Origin: Anaerolinea sp.
GTDB taxonomy: Bacteria > Chloroflexota > Limnocylindria > Limnocylindrales > CSP1-4
Assembly (NCBI GenBank): GCA_013822395.1
Contig: PNKK01000007.1
Location: forward strand, 3,104-67,103
Length of the DNA: 64,000 bases
Reading direction: 5' to 3'
Position 1 is the stretch's first letter. Every line of letters starts with the position of its first letter. A model generated the notes under the pieces. The model was not told where the DNA came from, did no database searches, and saw nothing but the letters and a program-made list of their open reading frames with translations. Shown piece by piece: positions 16,934 to 25,729 of the stretch. The translations under genes were made by a program, and so were the position numbers.

Positions 16934-17833
16934 TCACGGCAGGGCCGGCCGGTCGTGGAAGACCGGTGTCAGCGGGAGCGTCTCGGCGTGCGCGGCGATC
17001 TCGCCGGCCGTCGCGATCCACAGCCCGTCGATGGAGCGTGCATGGTCCATCAGCCGCTCCAGGGCCGCGGCGCGCGACGGCCGGCCGCTCGCGAAGGGAT
17101 GGTTCGTCAGGACGAAGAGGCCGCCCTCGGTCACGAGCGCATCGAGCTCGAGGGTCCAGAGCTCAAGGACCTTCGTCGGGCTCTCGATGAGTCCGGAGCC
17201 CGACAGGCCGGGGAGGTAGATGTACTGCTCCCAATCGTCGAGACCCCAATGGACGGGCAGCTCGATGATGCTCGGCGCCCCCGGCTCCGGGCCGGCGGCG
17301 ACCCGGTAGGGATGATCCGCGTCCATCAGGCTCGAGTCGTACCGGAACCCATGGCGCGCCAGGATCCCCGGGCTCGCCCCGCTCGCCTCCCACATCGGCG
17401 CACGCCAGCCGACCGGGCGGACCCCGGCCACGCGGTCCAGAGCCTCCAGACCGCGCAGGAGGAGCCGCTCCTCCTCTTCTGGCGGGAGCTCGGAAACCGG
17501 CTCGTGGAGATAGCCGTGGTGGGCGATCTCGTGGCCGGCGTCCCGGATCGAGCGGACGACCACCGGCCACCGCTCGGCGGTGTAACCGGGGATGAAGAAG
17601 GTCGCCCGGATGCCCTGGCGGTCCAAGATCCGGAGGAGGCGGGGCACACCGGTCCGCGGGCCGTAGGCTTGGTGCGTCATCACTGACAGGCGACGGGCCG
17701 CCTCGGGAGCCCCGGCGAGGATCGCACTCTCCGCATCCACATCGAAGGTGAATGCCGCCGCGGCGCGGTAGCCGGGCGGCCACGCGAAGGGGACGGTCGC
17801 GGCGCTGGCGTTCTGGTTTGTGTCCGGGCTCAT
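16934..17833 (-). CDS. Polysaccharide-deacetylase (NodB) family hydrolase; a PuuE-type allantoinase-like role is possible
   Basis: ORF 16934-18046 trimmed to the ATG at 17833 (MSPDTNQ). FTFDVDAES, RATFFIPGYTAE and GHEIAHHGYLHE motifs. Confidence 0.8.
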   Translation of the reverse strand: MSPDTNQNASAATVPFAWPPGYRAAAAFTFDVDAESAILAGAPEAARRLSVMTHQAYGPRTGVPRLLRILDRQGIRATFFIPGYTAERWPVVVRSIRDAGHEIAHHGYLHEPVSELPPEEEERLLLRGLEALDRVAGVRPVGWRAPMWEASGASPGILARHGFRYDSSLMDADHPYRVAAGPEPGAPSIIELPVHWGLDDWEQYIYLPGLSGSGLIESPTKVLELWTLELDALVTEGGLFVLTNHPFASGRPSRAAALERLMDHARSIDGLWIATAGEIAAHAETLPLTPVFHDRPALP

Positions 17834-17888
17834 GGTCGGATCCTCGCGATCGGGCGTCTCAGGACGGCTGCCGGGCACTCGAGACTGA

Positions 17889-18602
17889 TCAGGCCATCGT
17901 GGTCCCGCCGTTCGGCTGGAGCACTTGGCCCGTGTAGTAGGCACCCTCCGGGGCAGCCAGGAAGACCACCGTTGCCGCGATCTCGGCGGGCGAGGCGATG
18001 CGGCGGAGCGGTGCGGCGTTGGCATAGCGTGCCCGGACCTCATCAAGCGTCACGCCGGCTGCCTCGGCGTCGACCGCCAGCTGGGAGGTGTCGATCGCCC
18101 CGGGTGCCACGGCATTCACCCGGACGTCTGGGGCGAGCTCGCGGGCGAGCGCTTTCGTGAGGCCGACGAGGCCGGCCTTGCTCGACGCGTAGGCCGTTGC
18201 CCCTGGCCAACCGGTCACACCCCACTCGCTCGAGATGAAGACGATCGACCCACGGGCGTGGACGAGGTGCGGCGCCGCTGCGCGGGCGAGGCGGAACGAG
18301 CCGCCCAGGTTCGTGTCCACGATCCGCCACCAATCGTCCACCGGGTGCGTGTCGACGGGCGCCATCGTCATCGCGGCATGGTTGGCCACAACCAGATCCA
18401 GGCGGGAGAACCGCTCGACGACGCGTGCGACGAGCTCGTCCGCGACCGTCAAGTCAGCGAGATCCCCGGCGAACGGACCATCTCGGTGGGTCGCGGCTGC
18501 GACGGTCCAGCCTGCGGCTGATAGCGCCGTGACGAGGGCGCGCCCAAGCCCACCGGCGGATCCGGTCACGAGGGCGACCCCGGTCCCACCGTCGGCCGTC
18601 AC
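17889..18602 (-). CDS. SDR-family oxidoreductase
   Basis: 237 aa. VTGSAGGLG cofactor motif, YASSKAG catalytic motif and NAVAPGAIDT. Confidence 0.85.
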   Translation of the reverse strand: MTADGGTGVALVTGSAGGLGRALVTALSAAGWTVAAATHRDGPFAGDLADLTVADELVARVVERFSRLDLVVANHAAMTMAPVDTHPVDDWWRIVDTNLGGSFRLARAAAPHLVHARGSIVFISSEWGVTGWPGATAYASSKAGLVGLTKALARELAPDVRVNAVAPGAIDTSQLAVDAEAAGVTLDEVRARYANAAPLRRIASPAEIAATVVFLAAPEGAYYTGQVLQPNGGTTMA

Positions 18603-19336
18603 TGGATCACGACCCCGCCGTTCGGCGAATACAGGGCGCCGGTGGACCAGGGGGCCTCGGCGAGGTGCAGGATCGCCTCGGCGATCTCCGCAGGTCTTCC
18701 GATCCGCCGGAGCGGCACCGTGTCCGTGTACGACGGCCCCCGATCGCGGTCAGGCAGGAGCGGCGTGTCCACCGCGCCCGGCGCCACGATGTTCACCCGG
18801 AGGTGGGGGGCGAGCTCGCGGGCCAGAGATCGGGCCAGCCCGATGAGCGCCGCCTTGCCGGCGACGTAGTGAGCGACCTCCACGCCGCCGCACAGGGCAA
18901 GCTCGGAGGCGACCACTACGATCGACCCGTGGCCCCGGGCGCGCATCCCCGGGACGACGGCTCTGGCGACATGGAAACCGCCCCCGAGGAGGACCCGGAG
19001 GCTCCGCTCCCACAGGACGTCGTCGATCGCGACGAGCGGCCGCTCCTCGTAGAAGCCCGCGTTGCAGACCGCCACATCGATCGGTCCGAGGGCGTCCTCC
19101 GCCGCCCGGACCATCGTGGCGACGGCATCCGGATCGGCCACGTCGCAGCCGAATGCGATGCCGTCGACCTCCAGGGCAACGGCCTCGCCGGCGGCCCGGT
19201 TCGTGCCGTAGTGGACGGCCACACGATACCCGGCCGTGGCGAACCGCTCGGCCGTGGCGCGGCCGATCCCGCCGCTCGCCCCGGTGACGAGGACGACTCG
19301 GCCGCGGTCGGCGGCCGGGCCGCCCGATCGACTCAC
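18599..19336 (-). CDS. SDR-family oxidoreductase
   Basis: 245 aa. VTGASGGIG, YVAGKAA and NIVAPGAVDTPL motifs. 4-nt overlap with the downstream SDR. Confidence 0.85.
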   Translation of the reverse strand: MSRSGGPAADRGRVVLVTGASGGIGRATAERFATAGYRVAVHYGTNRAAGEAVALEVDGIAFGCDVADPDAVATMVRAAEDALGPIDVAVCNAGFYEERPLVAIDDVLWERSLRVLLGGGFHVARAVVPGMRARGHGSIVVVASELALCGGVEVAHYVAGKAALIGLARSLARELAPHLRVNIVAPGAVDTPLLPDRDRGPSYTDTVPLRRIGRPAEIAEAILHLAEAPWSTGALYSPNGGVVIQ

Positions 19337-19352
19337 CGGTGAACCTTCGCGC

Positions 19353-20966
19353 TCACTCGGGCGGGATCTCGGCGAACGCCCGCTCGATGCGAACGCCGCG
19401 CCGCGCCTGGACGATCCGTGCCCCGAGGTACCAGAGGATGCCGCTCACCAGGACGGCGAGGGTCAGGATCTTCATCCGGTCGTCGCCCAGGACCGCCGAG
19501 GTGGAATCGAGCCCGTTGATCGGATCCGCCCACCAGATGTACTCGACGATGAGGAGCGCCGCCGTCGCGACGACCCCGATGATCGACATGAGCGGGACGC
19601 CGCCGATCCGCCAGTTGACCGGCGATGAATCGAAGACGGTCTTGAGGCGGTACGGGAAGACGATCGCCGCGATCGCGCAGACCAGGAACGACAGGATCCA
19701 GCCGAAGATGCCGTACAGCGTGTTGAGCCTGAAGTCGCCGATCCCGATCGTGTACATGAAGAGGGAGAGCCAGCCCAGGATCGCCACGATCACGATGGCG
19801 ACCGTGGGCGTATGGCGCTGCTCATTGACCTCGGAGACGCGACGCGGGAGCAGTCCATCCAGCGACCAGGCGAGAAGCGCCCGCGTGGATGCGATGAAGT
19901 TGATCGGCAGCCAGACGTACGTCCAGAAGACGAAGGTGAAGCCGAGCAGGAACGCGATCACGATGTTGCCCGGGTAGGCGGCTGCGACGAGCTCGTTGTA
20001 GGCGGGCACGAAGGACAGGCCGAGCTGGTCGGGCGAGAAGTAGTTGGCGCTGACGCCGCCCAGGATCGGCAGCCCGACCAGCTGGACGAGGCTCGCCACG
20101 AGCAGGATCATGAACACCGACACGAACAGGATGCCGCCCGGCATCCCGATGAGCTGGCTCACCCGCGCCCGCCGGACCTCGCCACCAAGGAAGCTCGAGG
20201 TGATCGCGAACAGAACGATGAACTGGGCGAGCGTCGAGCTGAAGACGGTCTGCTGCGCGTCGTATGGTGCCGGCTCGATCGCCACCGAGCTCGCGTTGGC
20301 AAGACCACCCGCGGCCGAGATGTAGCGGTCGAAGTTGGCGGCAAAGTCGGCCGAGCTGCCCAGGAACGCGAGCCCGATCGCGATGGCGATGCCGAACAGC
20401 CCGATCGCGAAGACGGAGTTCTGGATCCGGAAGTAGGTCCGCGTCCCCAACGAGAAGATGACCGCGAAGAAGGCGATCAGGATCGTGCCGACGGCGAGGA
20501 TCCAGACCGGGTCCACGAAGCGGTTTCCAAGGTCGACGAGATCGGCATTGCCACTGGCGACGCCCAGCGTCCGGAAGAGGCCCGACAGGCCGTACTGGGC
20601 GAAATAGGCAGCGGGGACACCGATGTACACGGTCATCCAGGCCACCCAGTTCCACGACGCCACGAACCCCAGGAGCGGGTGGAGTGTTCGGCTGATGTAA
20701 ACGTAGTCGCCGCCGGACCTCGGGATGGCCGCGGAGAAGAAGGCGTAGACGAGGGCCATCGGCAGCGCCAGGGCGAGCGCGAGAGCGATGCCCTGGAGCA
20801 GGTCTGCGCCGGCATAGAAGCCGGGTACGAACAGCAGGACGAACGCGACCCCGATGCCGATGTTCTGGTTGTTGACGTTGTAAACGAAGGTGTCCAGCGC
20901 GCCGATCTCCTTCGTCAGACCCGTCGCCTGACGAGTGAAGACCTTCACGCCACCGCCGGCTGTCAC
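19353..20966 (-). CDS. APC-superfamily permease (copy 2, diverged paralogue of 14177-15832)
   Basis: 537 aa. RQATGLTKEIG..FVYNVNNQNIG and PRSGGDYVYISR motifs. It aligns by eye with copy 1 along the N-terminal half. Confidence 0.85.
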   Translation of the reverse strand: MTAGGGVKVFTRQATGLTKEIGALDTFVYNVNNQNIGIGVAFVLLFVPGFYAGADLLQGIALALALALPMALVYAFFSAAIPRSGGDYVYISRTLHPLLGFVASWNWVAWMTVYIGVPAAYFAQYGLSGLFRTLGVASGNADLVDLGNRFVDPVWILAVGTILIAFFAVIFSLGTRTYFRIQNSVFAIGLFGIAIAIGLAFLGSSADFAANFDRYISAAGGLANASSVAIEPAPYDAQQTVFSSTLAQFIVLFAITSSFLGGEVRRARVSQLIGMPGGILFVSVFMILLVASLVQLVGLPILGGVSANYFSPDQLGLSFVPAYNELVAAAYPGNIVIAFLLGFTFVFWTYVWLPINFIASTRALLAWSLDGLLPRRVSEVNEQRHTPTVAIVIVAILGWLSLFMYTIGIGDFRLNTLYGIFGWILSFLVCAIAAIVFPYRLKTVFDSSPVNWRIGGVPLMSIIGVVATAALLIVEYIWWADPINGLDSTSAVLGDDRMKILTLAVLVSGILWYLGARIVQARRGVRIERAFAEIPPE

Positions 20967-21025
20967 CCGTTCCCTCCTTCCGCCGCGCCCAGCTCAGGAA
21001 CGCGGCCTCGACGCTTTCCGCTTGC

Positions 21026-21979
21026 TCAGCCCGAGACGAGCTGATGCGACACGACCTTGTCCGCCCTCAGCGTGACGATGGCCCCGTAGAGCGTGCCGGT
21101 GCTGTACGTGCTGCCGGGATTGATCGCGATCGTCCGGCCCACCCGGGCAGCCCCGCGTGATTCGTGGATGTGGCCGTGCAGCGAGACGACGGGTTGCGTC
21201 CGCTCGATGAACGAGCGGACCGCCGTGCTGCCGACCGGCACCATGACCGTCTCCCCACCCTCGATGACGACCGAGAGGTCGTCGCGGAGCTTCGGCGCCA
21301 CGTCCAGGCCCGTGCCGTAAGGCGGGACGTGGGTGACCAGGACGGTCGGCTTGTCCGGGTCGAGCTGGGTCTCGAGTGCTGCCAGGCGGGCCGCGATCTC
21401 CTCCTCGCCGTATTCGCGGTGGGTGTGCCACGGCGTCCGGTTGGACGGCCCGAAGCCGAGGATCTGGTACTCGCCGAGTTGGACGACCCGGCCGTCGGTG
21501 TTGACGACCTCCGCGGATTCCCCGAGCACGTCGTCGACGTACCAGCCGTCGTCGTTGCCGGGCATCACGAGGGCCCGGATCCCGGTCCCGTGAAGCCGCT
21601 CGTCGGCGAGCGCGAGCCAGTCGCGGAGAGTCTGGGCCATCACCTCCGTGAACACGCGATCGCGCCGCTCTGGGTCGGCGTCCAGGTCGCTGTACGCCTG
21701 CTCGTCGCAGCGGTACGGATAGAACCCGTTGAACCGGATCCGTGCCTCGAGCTCCTGGACCTCGGCCTCGGTCCGCGCGGTCTGGACCCGCCCGGCGACG
21801 TTCGCCTCGACGCGCCCGTCGCGGCGCGCCACCACCGGCACGAGCGCCTTGCCCGTGACGTCGCCGGCGACGATCACCGTGCCCACGTTGTAGAACCGCG
21901 CGGCATTGAGGAACTTGCGCCAGCAGATCTCCGACCCGTGGATGTCGGCGACGACGTAGACGCTCTGGCTCTTGCCCAT
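21026..21979 (-). CDS. Calcineurin-like metallophosphoesterase (copy 2, paralogue of 15886-16836)
   Basis: 317 aa. ADIHGSE, AGDVTGKALVP, MPGNDD and LHGHIHES motifs. It ends ..QLVSG, like copy 1 (..QFVSG). Confidence 0.8.
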   Translation of the reverse strand: MGKSQSVYVVADIHGSEICWRKFLNAARFYNVGTVIVAGDVTGKALVPVVARRDGRVEANVAGRVQTARTEAEVQELEARIRFNGFYPYRCDEQAYSDLDADPERRDRVFTEVMAQTLRDWLALADERLHGTGIRALVMPGNDDGWYVDDVLGESAEVVNTDGRVVQLGEYQILGFGPSNRTPWHTHREYGEEEIAARLAALETQLDPDKPTVLVTHVPPYGTGLDVAPKLRDDLSVVIEGGETVMVPVGSTAVRSFIERTQPVVSLHGHIHESRGAARVGRTIAINPGSTYSTGTLYGAIVTLRADKVVSHQLVSG

Positions 21980-22047
21980 CTCGGCTCCTCAGGCCGCCCG
22001 CCACGCCGAGGCGGAGCTCACCGCGGCCGTCAGCGTCACGAGTGACG

Positions 22048-22995
22048 TCATCGGCCGGCTCGCCCGAGCGCCACGAGCGACAGCATCTCGTAGGCGAGGT
22101 TGGCGGCGAGGAAGGCCGTCTGTCCGGCCGGGTCGTAGGCAGGGATCACTTCCACGACGTCGAACCCCACGAAGTCGATGCCCGTCAGCGCCCGGACCAC
22201 GGCGAGCATGTCGTGAGCCGACGGTCCGCCAGGCTCGGGTGTCCCGGTGCCGGGCGCGAAGGCCGGATCGACGACGTCGATGTCGAAGCTGATGAAGGCG
22301 GGCCGATCCCCCACCCGCTCGCGGATCGCCGCCGCGGTCGCCGCGGGCCCGAGCGCGAAGACATCCTCGGTCGTGAGGTAGTCGAGGCCCAGGTCGCTCC
22401 GCAGGCCGGTCCAATCCTGCGCGGCATAGATCGGTCCACGCAGGCCGACCTCGATCGAGTGGTCGACATCGACGAGACCCTCCTCGATCGCGCGTCGCAT
22501 CCACGTCCCGTGGTTGTGCTGCTCGCCGAAGTAGCTGTCCCAGGCGTCGGTGTGGGAGTCGAAGTCGATCACCGCGACCGGGCCGCGCGAGCGGGTCGCC
22601 CGGAGGTGCGGCAAGGTACAGGCGTGGTCCCCGCCGATGAGGAGCGGGACGACGCCGGCCTCGACGATCGGGCCGACCGCGGCCTCGATGGCCGCGTAGC
22701 TGCGCTCGATGTAGCCGGGGACGATCGCCACGTCCCCGTAGTCGACGCACGACAGGATCTCGAACGGGGCGATCTCCAGGTTCGGGTTGTACGGGCGGAG
22801 CATCACCGACGCATCGCGCACCGCGCCGGGCCCGAACCGGCCGCCGACCCGGTAGGTCACGCCTGTATCGAACGGGACTCCCACCAGGGCCACGTCGACG
22901 TCCTCGAGCGTCCGCACGTGCGGCAGGCGGGCAAACGTCACCGGTCCCGTGAACCGCGGCGACTGGAGTGAATCAGCCGGCGTGTAGCGGGGCAT
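22048..22995 (-). CDS. Agmatinase/guanidino-acid ureohydrolase (arginase family)
   Basis: ORF 22048-23049 trimmed to the ATG at 22995 (MPRYTPAD), preceded by GAGGAGG. Motifs GVPFDTG, LLIGGDHACT, VIDFDSHTDAWD and SFDIDVVDPAFAPGTGTPEPGG. Confidence 0.85.
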   Translation of the reverse strand: MPRYTPADSLQSPRFTGPVTFARLPHVRTLEDVDVALVGVPFDTGVTYRVGGRFGPGAVRDASVMLRPYNPNLEIAPFEILSCVDYGDVAIVPGYIERSYAAIEAAVGPIVEAGVVPLLIGGDHACTLPHLRATRSRGPVAVIDFDSHTDAWDSYFGEQHNHGTWMRRAIEEGLVDVDHSIEVGLRGPIYAAQDWTGLRSDLGLDYLTTEDVFALGPAATAAAIRERVGDRPAFISFDIDVVDPAFAPGTGTPEPGGPSAHDMLAVVRALTGIDFVGFDVVEVIPAYDPAGQTAFLAANLAYEMLSLVALGRAGR

Positions 22996-23065
22996 CGATC
23001 CTCCTCGTCCGCCACCGGGGCCGCCCCGACAGTGTGGGGAATGGAGCACGAGACGGCGCGTGCAC

Positions 23066-24655
23066 TCAACTGTCGGGTCCGATGACGTTCACGTCCTTCT
23101 GTTGTCCGATCGGATGACGCTGGGCGTCCCACGTCCATACTCCGATGTAGAGCGCCACCCGGTCGAGAAAGACGAGCGGGTCGCGTCCTGACAGCGCCCG
23201 GATCCGACGGAGCCGGTGCCGGAGCGTGTTGGGGTGGATATGGAGGCGGCGTGCCGTCGCCTCGACCCCGCCCTCGAGGTCGAGGAACGTCCGGAGGCTG
23301 GTGAGCAGCTCTGAGCCGTGGGTCGCGTCGTGCTCGGTGAGCGGCACGATGAGCTGATGCGAGAAGGCGTCCAGGCGGTCCGGCGGCTGCTGCCCGAGGA
23401 GCGTGGCCACGTTGGCCAGGTCCCGCCACGTCGCCATGCCGCCGTGCCGGCGTGCCTCCCCGTAGGCGGCCTCCGCCTCGACGAGGCTCCGTCCGAGGTC
23501 GCTGAGCCGCCCGGCGCTCCCGATTCCGCCGGTCAGCCCTCGCGCGGTCGCCACGGCCGTCAGCCGCTCGAGATCGTCCGCGATCACCACGAGGCGGTCG
23601 TCCTGCTGGCCGGCGACGCTCCGCGGCAACGCCCGGCGGAGTGGCTCGGCGACGTGCGCCGGCCAGATCGAGACGAACAGCCGGGTCTCGTCCAGATGCG
23701 CCTCGTCGACTCGCTCGGCGAGCACAACCGGATCCGCGACGCCGAGCCGGACGATCTGGAGGAGGCGCCCGACGAACGCGCGGTCGCGCGACCGCTCCTG
23801 CGCCCGCGTCGCGAGCTCGATGGAGACGATCGGTGCAGCCTCGTACAGGATCTCGATACCGTCTGGGGCCGAGGACGATGGTCTGAGCCGGCACAACCAG
23901 CCGATGGTCTCCTGCTGGTGACGCACCGCCACGAGGTCACAGGTCGTGCCGTCGGCCTCAATGGTCGCCCGGCGGTCACCGGGCCGGACACGGCCGACCG
24001 CGCGTTGCACGGCCTCGACGGCCTCCGGCCCACCTGGTCCGACGACGGCCTCCGGTGACCCGTGGAGGTCGGCGATGACGATCACGGCGTCGAGCTCGCG
24101 GGCCAGGCTCAGCGTGATCCCGTCCAGCCCGCGGCCCTGGGCAAGGAGGTCGAGCAGGTGCATCTCGCGACGCAGCGCACGCCGGTCGCGATCCGCGCGA
24201 CTGGTCGCCATCCGCTCGGCGAGCTCTTCCGTGATCGCGATGAACGGGACATCGATCGGGACGTTGAGGAGTGGCAGTCCGGCGGCCTCGCAGGCGGCCC
24301 GGAGCTCCGGCGGCGAGGTGGAGTGGTAGTTGCCGCAGCCGAATCCGATCCCCGAGGCGTCCCGCTCCAGGACCGCCGCCACGAACGCCCGGCACGACGC
24401 CTCGTCGACGAGCACCGAGCCCATCGTCAGGACGAGCTCGTGGTCGCGAAGGTACGGCCGGGGGTCGAGAAGCTCGATCGCGTGGGCCCAGCGCACTGGA
24501 CGGTCCAGCCCGGCCTCGCCCGCGATGAGCTCGAGCCGGAGCGACCCGATCGCGAGCAACTCCCGGACCGTGGCCAGTCCGGGGCGGCTCGATCGACTCG
24601 CCCGTCCGAGCGGGCGTCCGGCGGGAGAACCGGCGTGCCTCTGGGTCATCGCCAC
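23066..24655 (-). CDS. PucR-family transcriptional regulator (second copy)
   Basis: 529 aa. N-terminal VRWAHAIELLDPRPYLRDHELVLT and C-terminal HTH (TARRLHIHPNTLRHRLRRI). Confidence 0.85.
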   Translation of the reverse strand: MAMTQRHAGSPAGRPLGRASRSSRPGLATVRELLAIGSLRLELIAGEAGLDRPVRWAHAIELLDPRPYLRDHELVLTMGSVLVDEASCRAFVAAVLERDASGIGFGCGNYHSTSPPELRAACEAAGLPLLNVPIDVPFIAITEELAERMATSRADRDRRALRREMHLLDLLAQGRGLDGITLSLARELDAVIVIADLHGSPEAVVGPGGPEAVEAVQRAVGRVRPGDRRATIEADGTTCDLVAVRHQQETIGWLCRLRPSSSAPDGIEILYEAAPIVSIELATRAQERSRDRAFVGRLLQIVRLGVADPVVLAERVDEAHLDETRLFVSIWPAHVAEPLRRALPRSVAGQQDDRLVVIADDLERLTAVATARGLTGGIGSAGRLSDLGRSLVEAEAAYGEARRHGGMATWRDLANVATLLGQQPPDRLDAFSHQLIVPLTEHDATHGSELLTSLRTFLDLEGGVEATARRLHIHPNTLRHRLRRIRALSGRDPLVFLDRVALYIGVWTWDAQRHPIGQQKDVNVIGPDS

Positions 24656-24690
24656 CGATGGTAGGCGCCCGGCCGTGGCTCGGGGGGCCG

Positions 24691-25635
24691 CTATGCGGTC
24701 CGGCCGAGGGTCTCCATGAGCATCCGGATGAACTTCGGCTCGTCCGCGTCCATCGCGAAGTGGACGTTCGGGGGCTTCCGGCTGCGGAAGCGGAAATCGC
24801 AGACCGTCCGCCCGACGGACAGTTCTCCGCCCGTCTCCACGTCGACCGGAATGAACTGCGTCGTGATGACGGTCGAGTCGATGATCGCACAGACGGCCAG
24901 CGCATCATGGACGGGCGCTGCGCTTGCGCGGTGCATCGGCTGCGTCGCGTCATAGCCCTCGATCCGCTTCTCGACGAAGCGCGCGGCCGCTTCGGCGGCG
25001 GGGGTGCCGAGGGCGCGGAGGGCGCGGCAGTCATCGAGTGAGACGAGCGCCCGATGCGTTGCATCGAGCGGGACCATCCGAATGGGGCGACCGCAGTTGA
25101 CCACGATCCGCGCGGCCTCCGGGTCCAGCCAGATGTTGAACTCGGCCGAGGCGGTCGAGTTTCCGTGGTCGTGGGCGCCGCCCATGATCACGATCTCGGG
25201 GATCTTCTCGAGGATCCGCGGCTCCTTCTGGATCGCGGTCGCGACATTCGTGAGCGGTCCGACGGGGACAAGGGTGATGTCGCCGTCCGAGGCCAGGAAC
25301 GTGTCGATCAGCCAGTCGACGGCGTGCCCCGGCTGGATGCGCGCCGTCGCCGCCGGCGGGAGGTCCAGGAGGTCGCCGTGGATCCGGCTCGCCGGGTTCA
25401 GCTGGGTCATCTGCTGCCGGGCGAGCGGCCTGGTCATCCCCTGGTGGACGGGAATCTGCGGCAACCCGATCCAGTCGAGGACGCGAAGGGTGTTCTCCGT
25501 GCAGCTGTGGACCGCCGTGTTGCCGTTGACGGTCGTGGCGCCGATCAGCTCGATGTCGGGCGAGAGCGCCGCGACCATGAGCGCGACGGCGTCGTCGGTT
25601 CCGGTATCGACGTCGAGGATGACCTTCGTGGGCAC
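24691..25635 (-). CDS. Nucleoside hydrolase (inosine/uridine-preferring family)
   Basis: 314 aa. The KVILDVDTGTDDAVALMVA signature (DxDxxxDD) is at the N-terminus. Confidence 0.9.
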   Translation of the reverse strand: MPTKVILDVDTGTDDAVALMVAALSPDIELIGATTVNGNTAVHSCTENTLRVLDWIGLPQIPVHQGMTRPLARQQMTQLNPASRIHGDLLDLPPAATARIQPGHAVDWLIDTFLASDGDITLVPVGPLTNVATAIQKEPRILEKIPEIVIMGGAHDHGNSTASAEFNIWLDPEAARIVVNCGRPIRMVPLDATHRALVSLDDCRALRALGTPAAEAAARFVEKRIEGYDATQPMHRASAAPVHDALAVCAIIDSTVITTQFIPVDVETGGELSVGRTVCDFRFRSRKPPNVHFAMDADEPKFIRMLMETLGRTA

Positions 25636-25729
25636 GGCGTCAGTCTGCCTGATCCGAGACGTCGAGGTGCGAGATCCGAAGGGGGCTCACCCGACGCCGA
25701 CCGTGCCGGCGGGACCGGATGGCCCTCGC

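Noticed and set aside
22996-23065. Guanidine riboswitch (ykkC / mini-ykkC / guanidine-III) upstream of the agmatinase-family gene
   Set aside because: GGACGAGG is present, but it is simply the RBS. There are no ACGR-loop hairpin pair and no guanidine-III pseudoknot arrangement.
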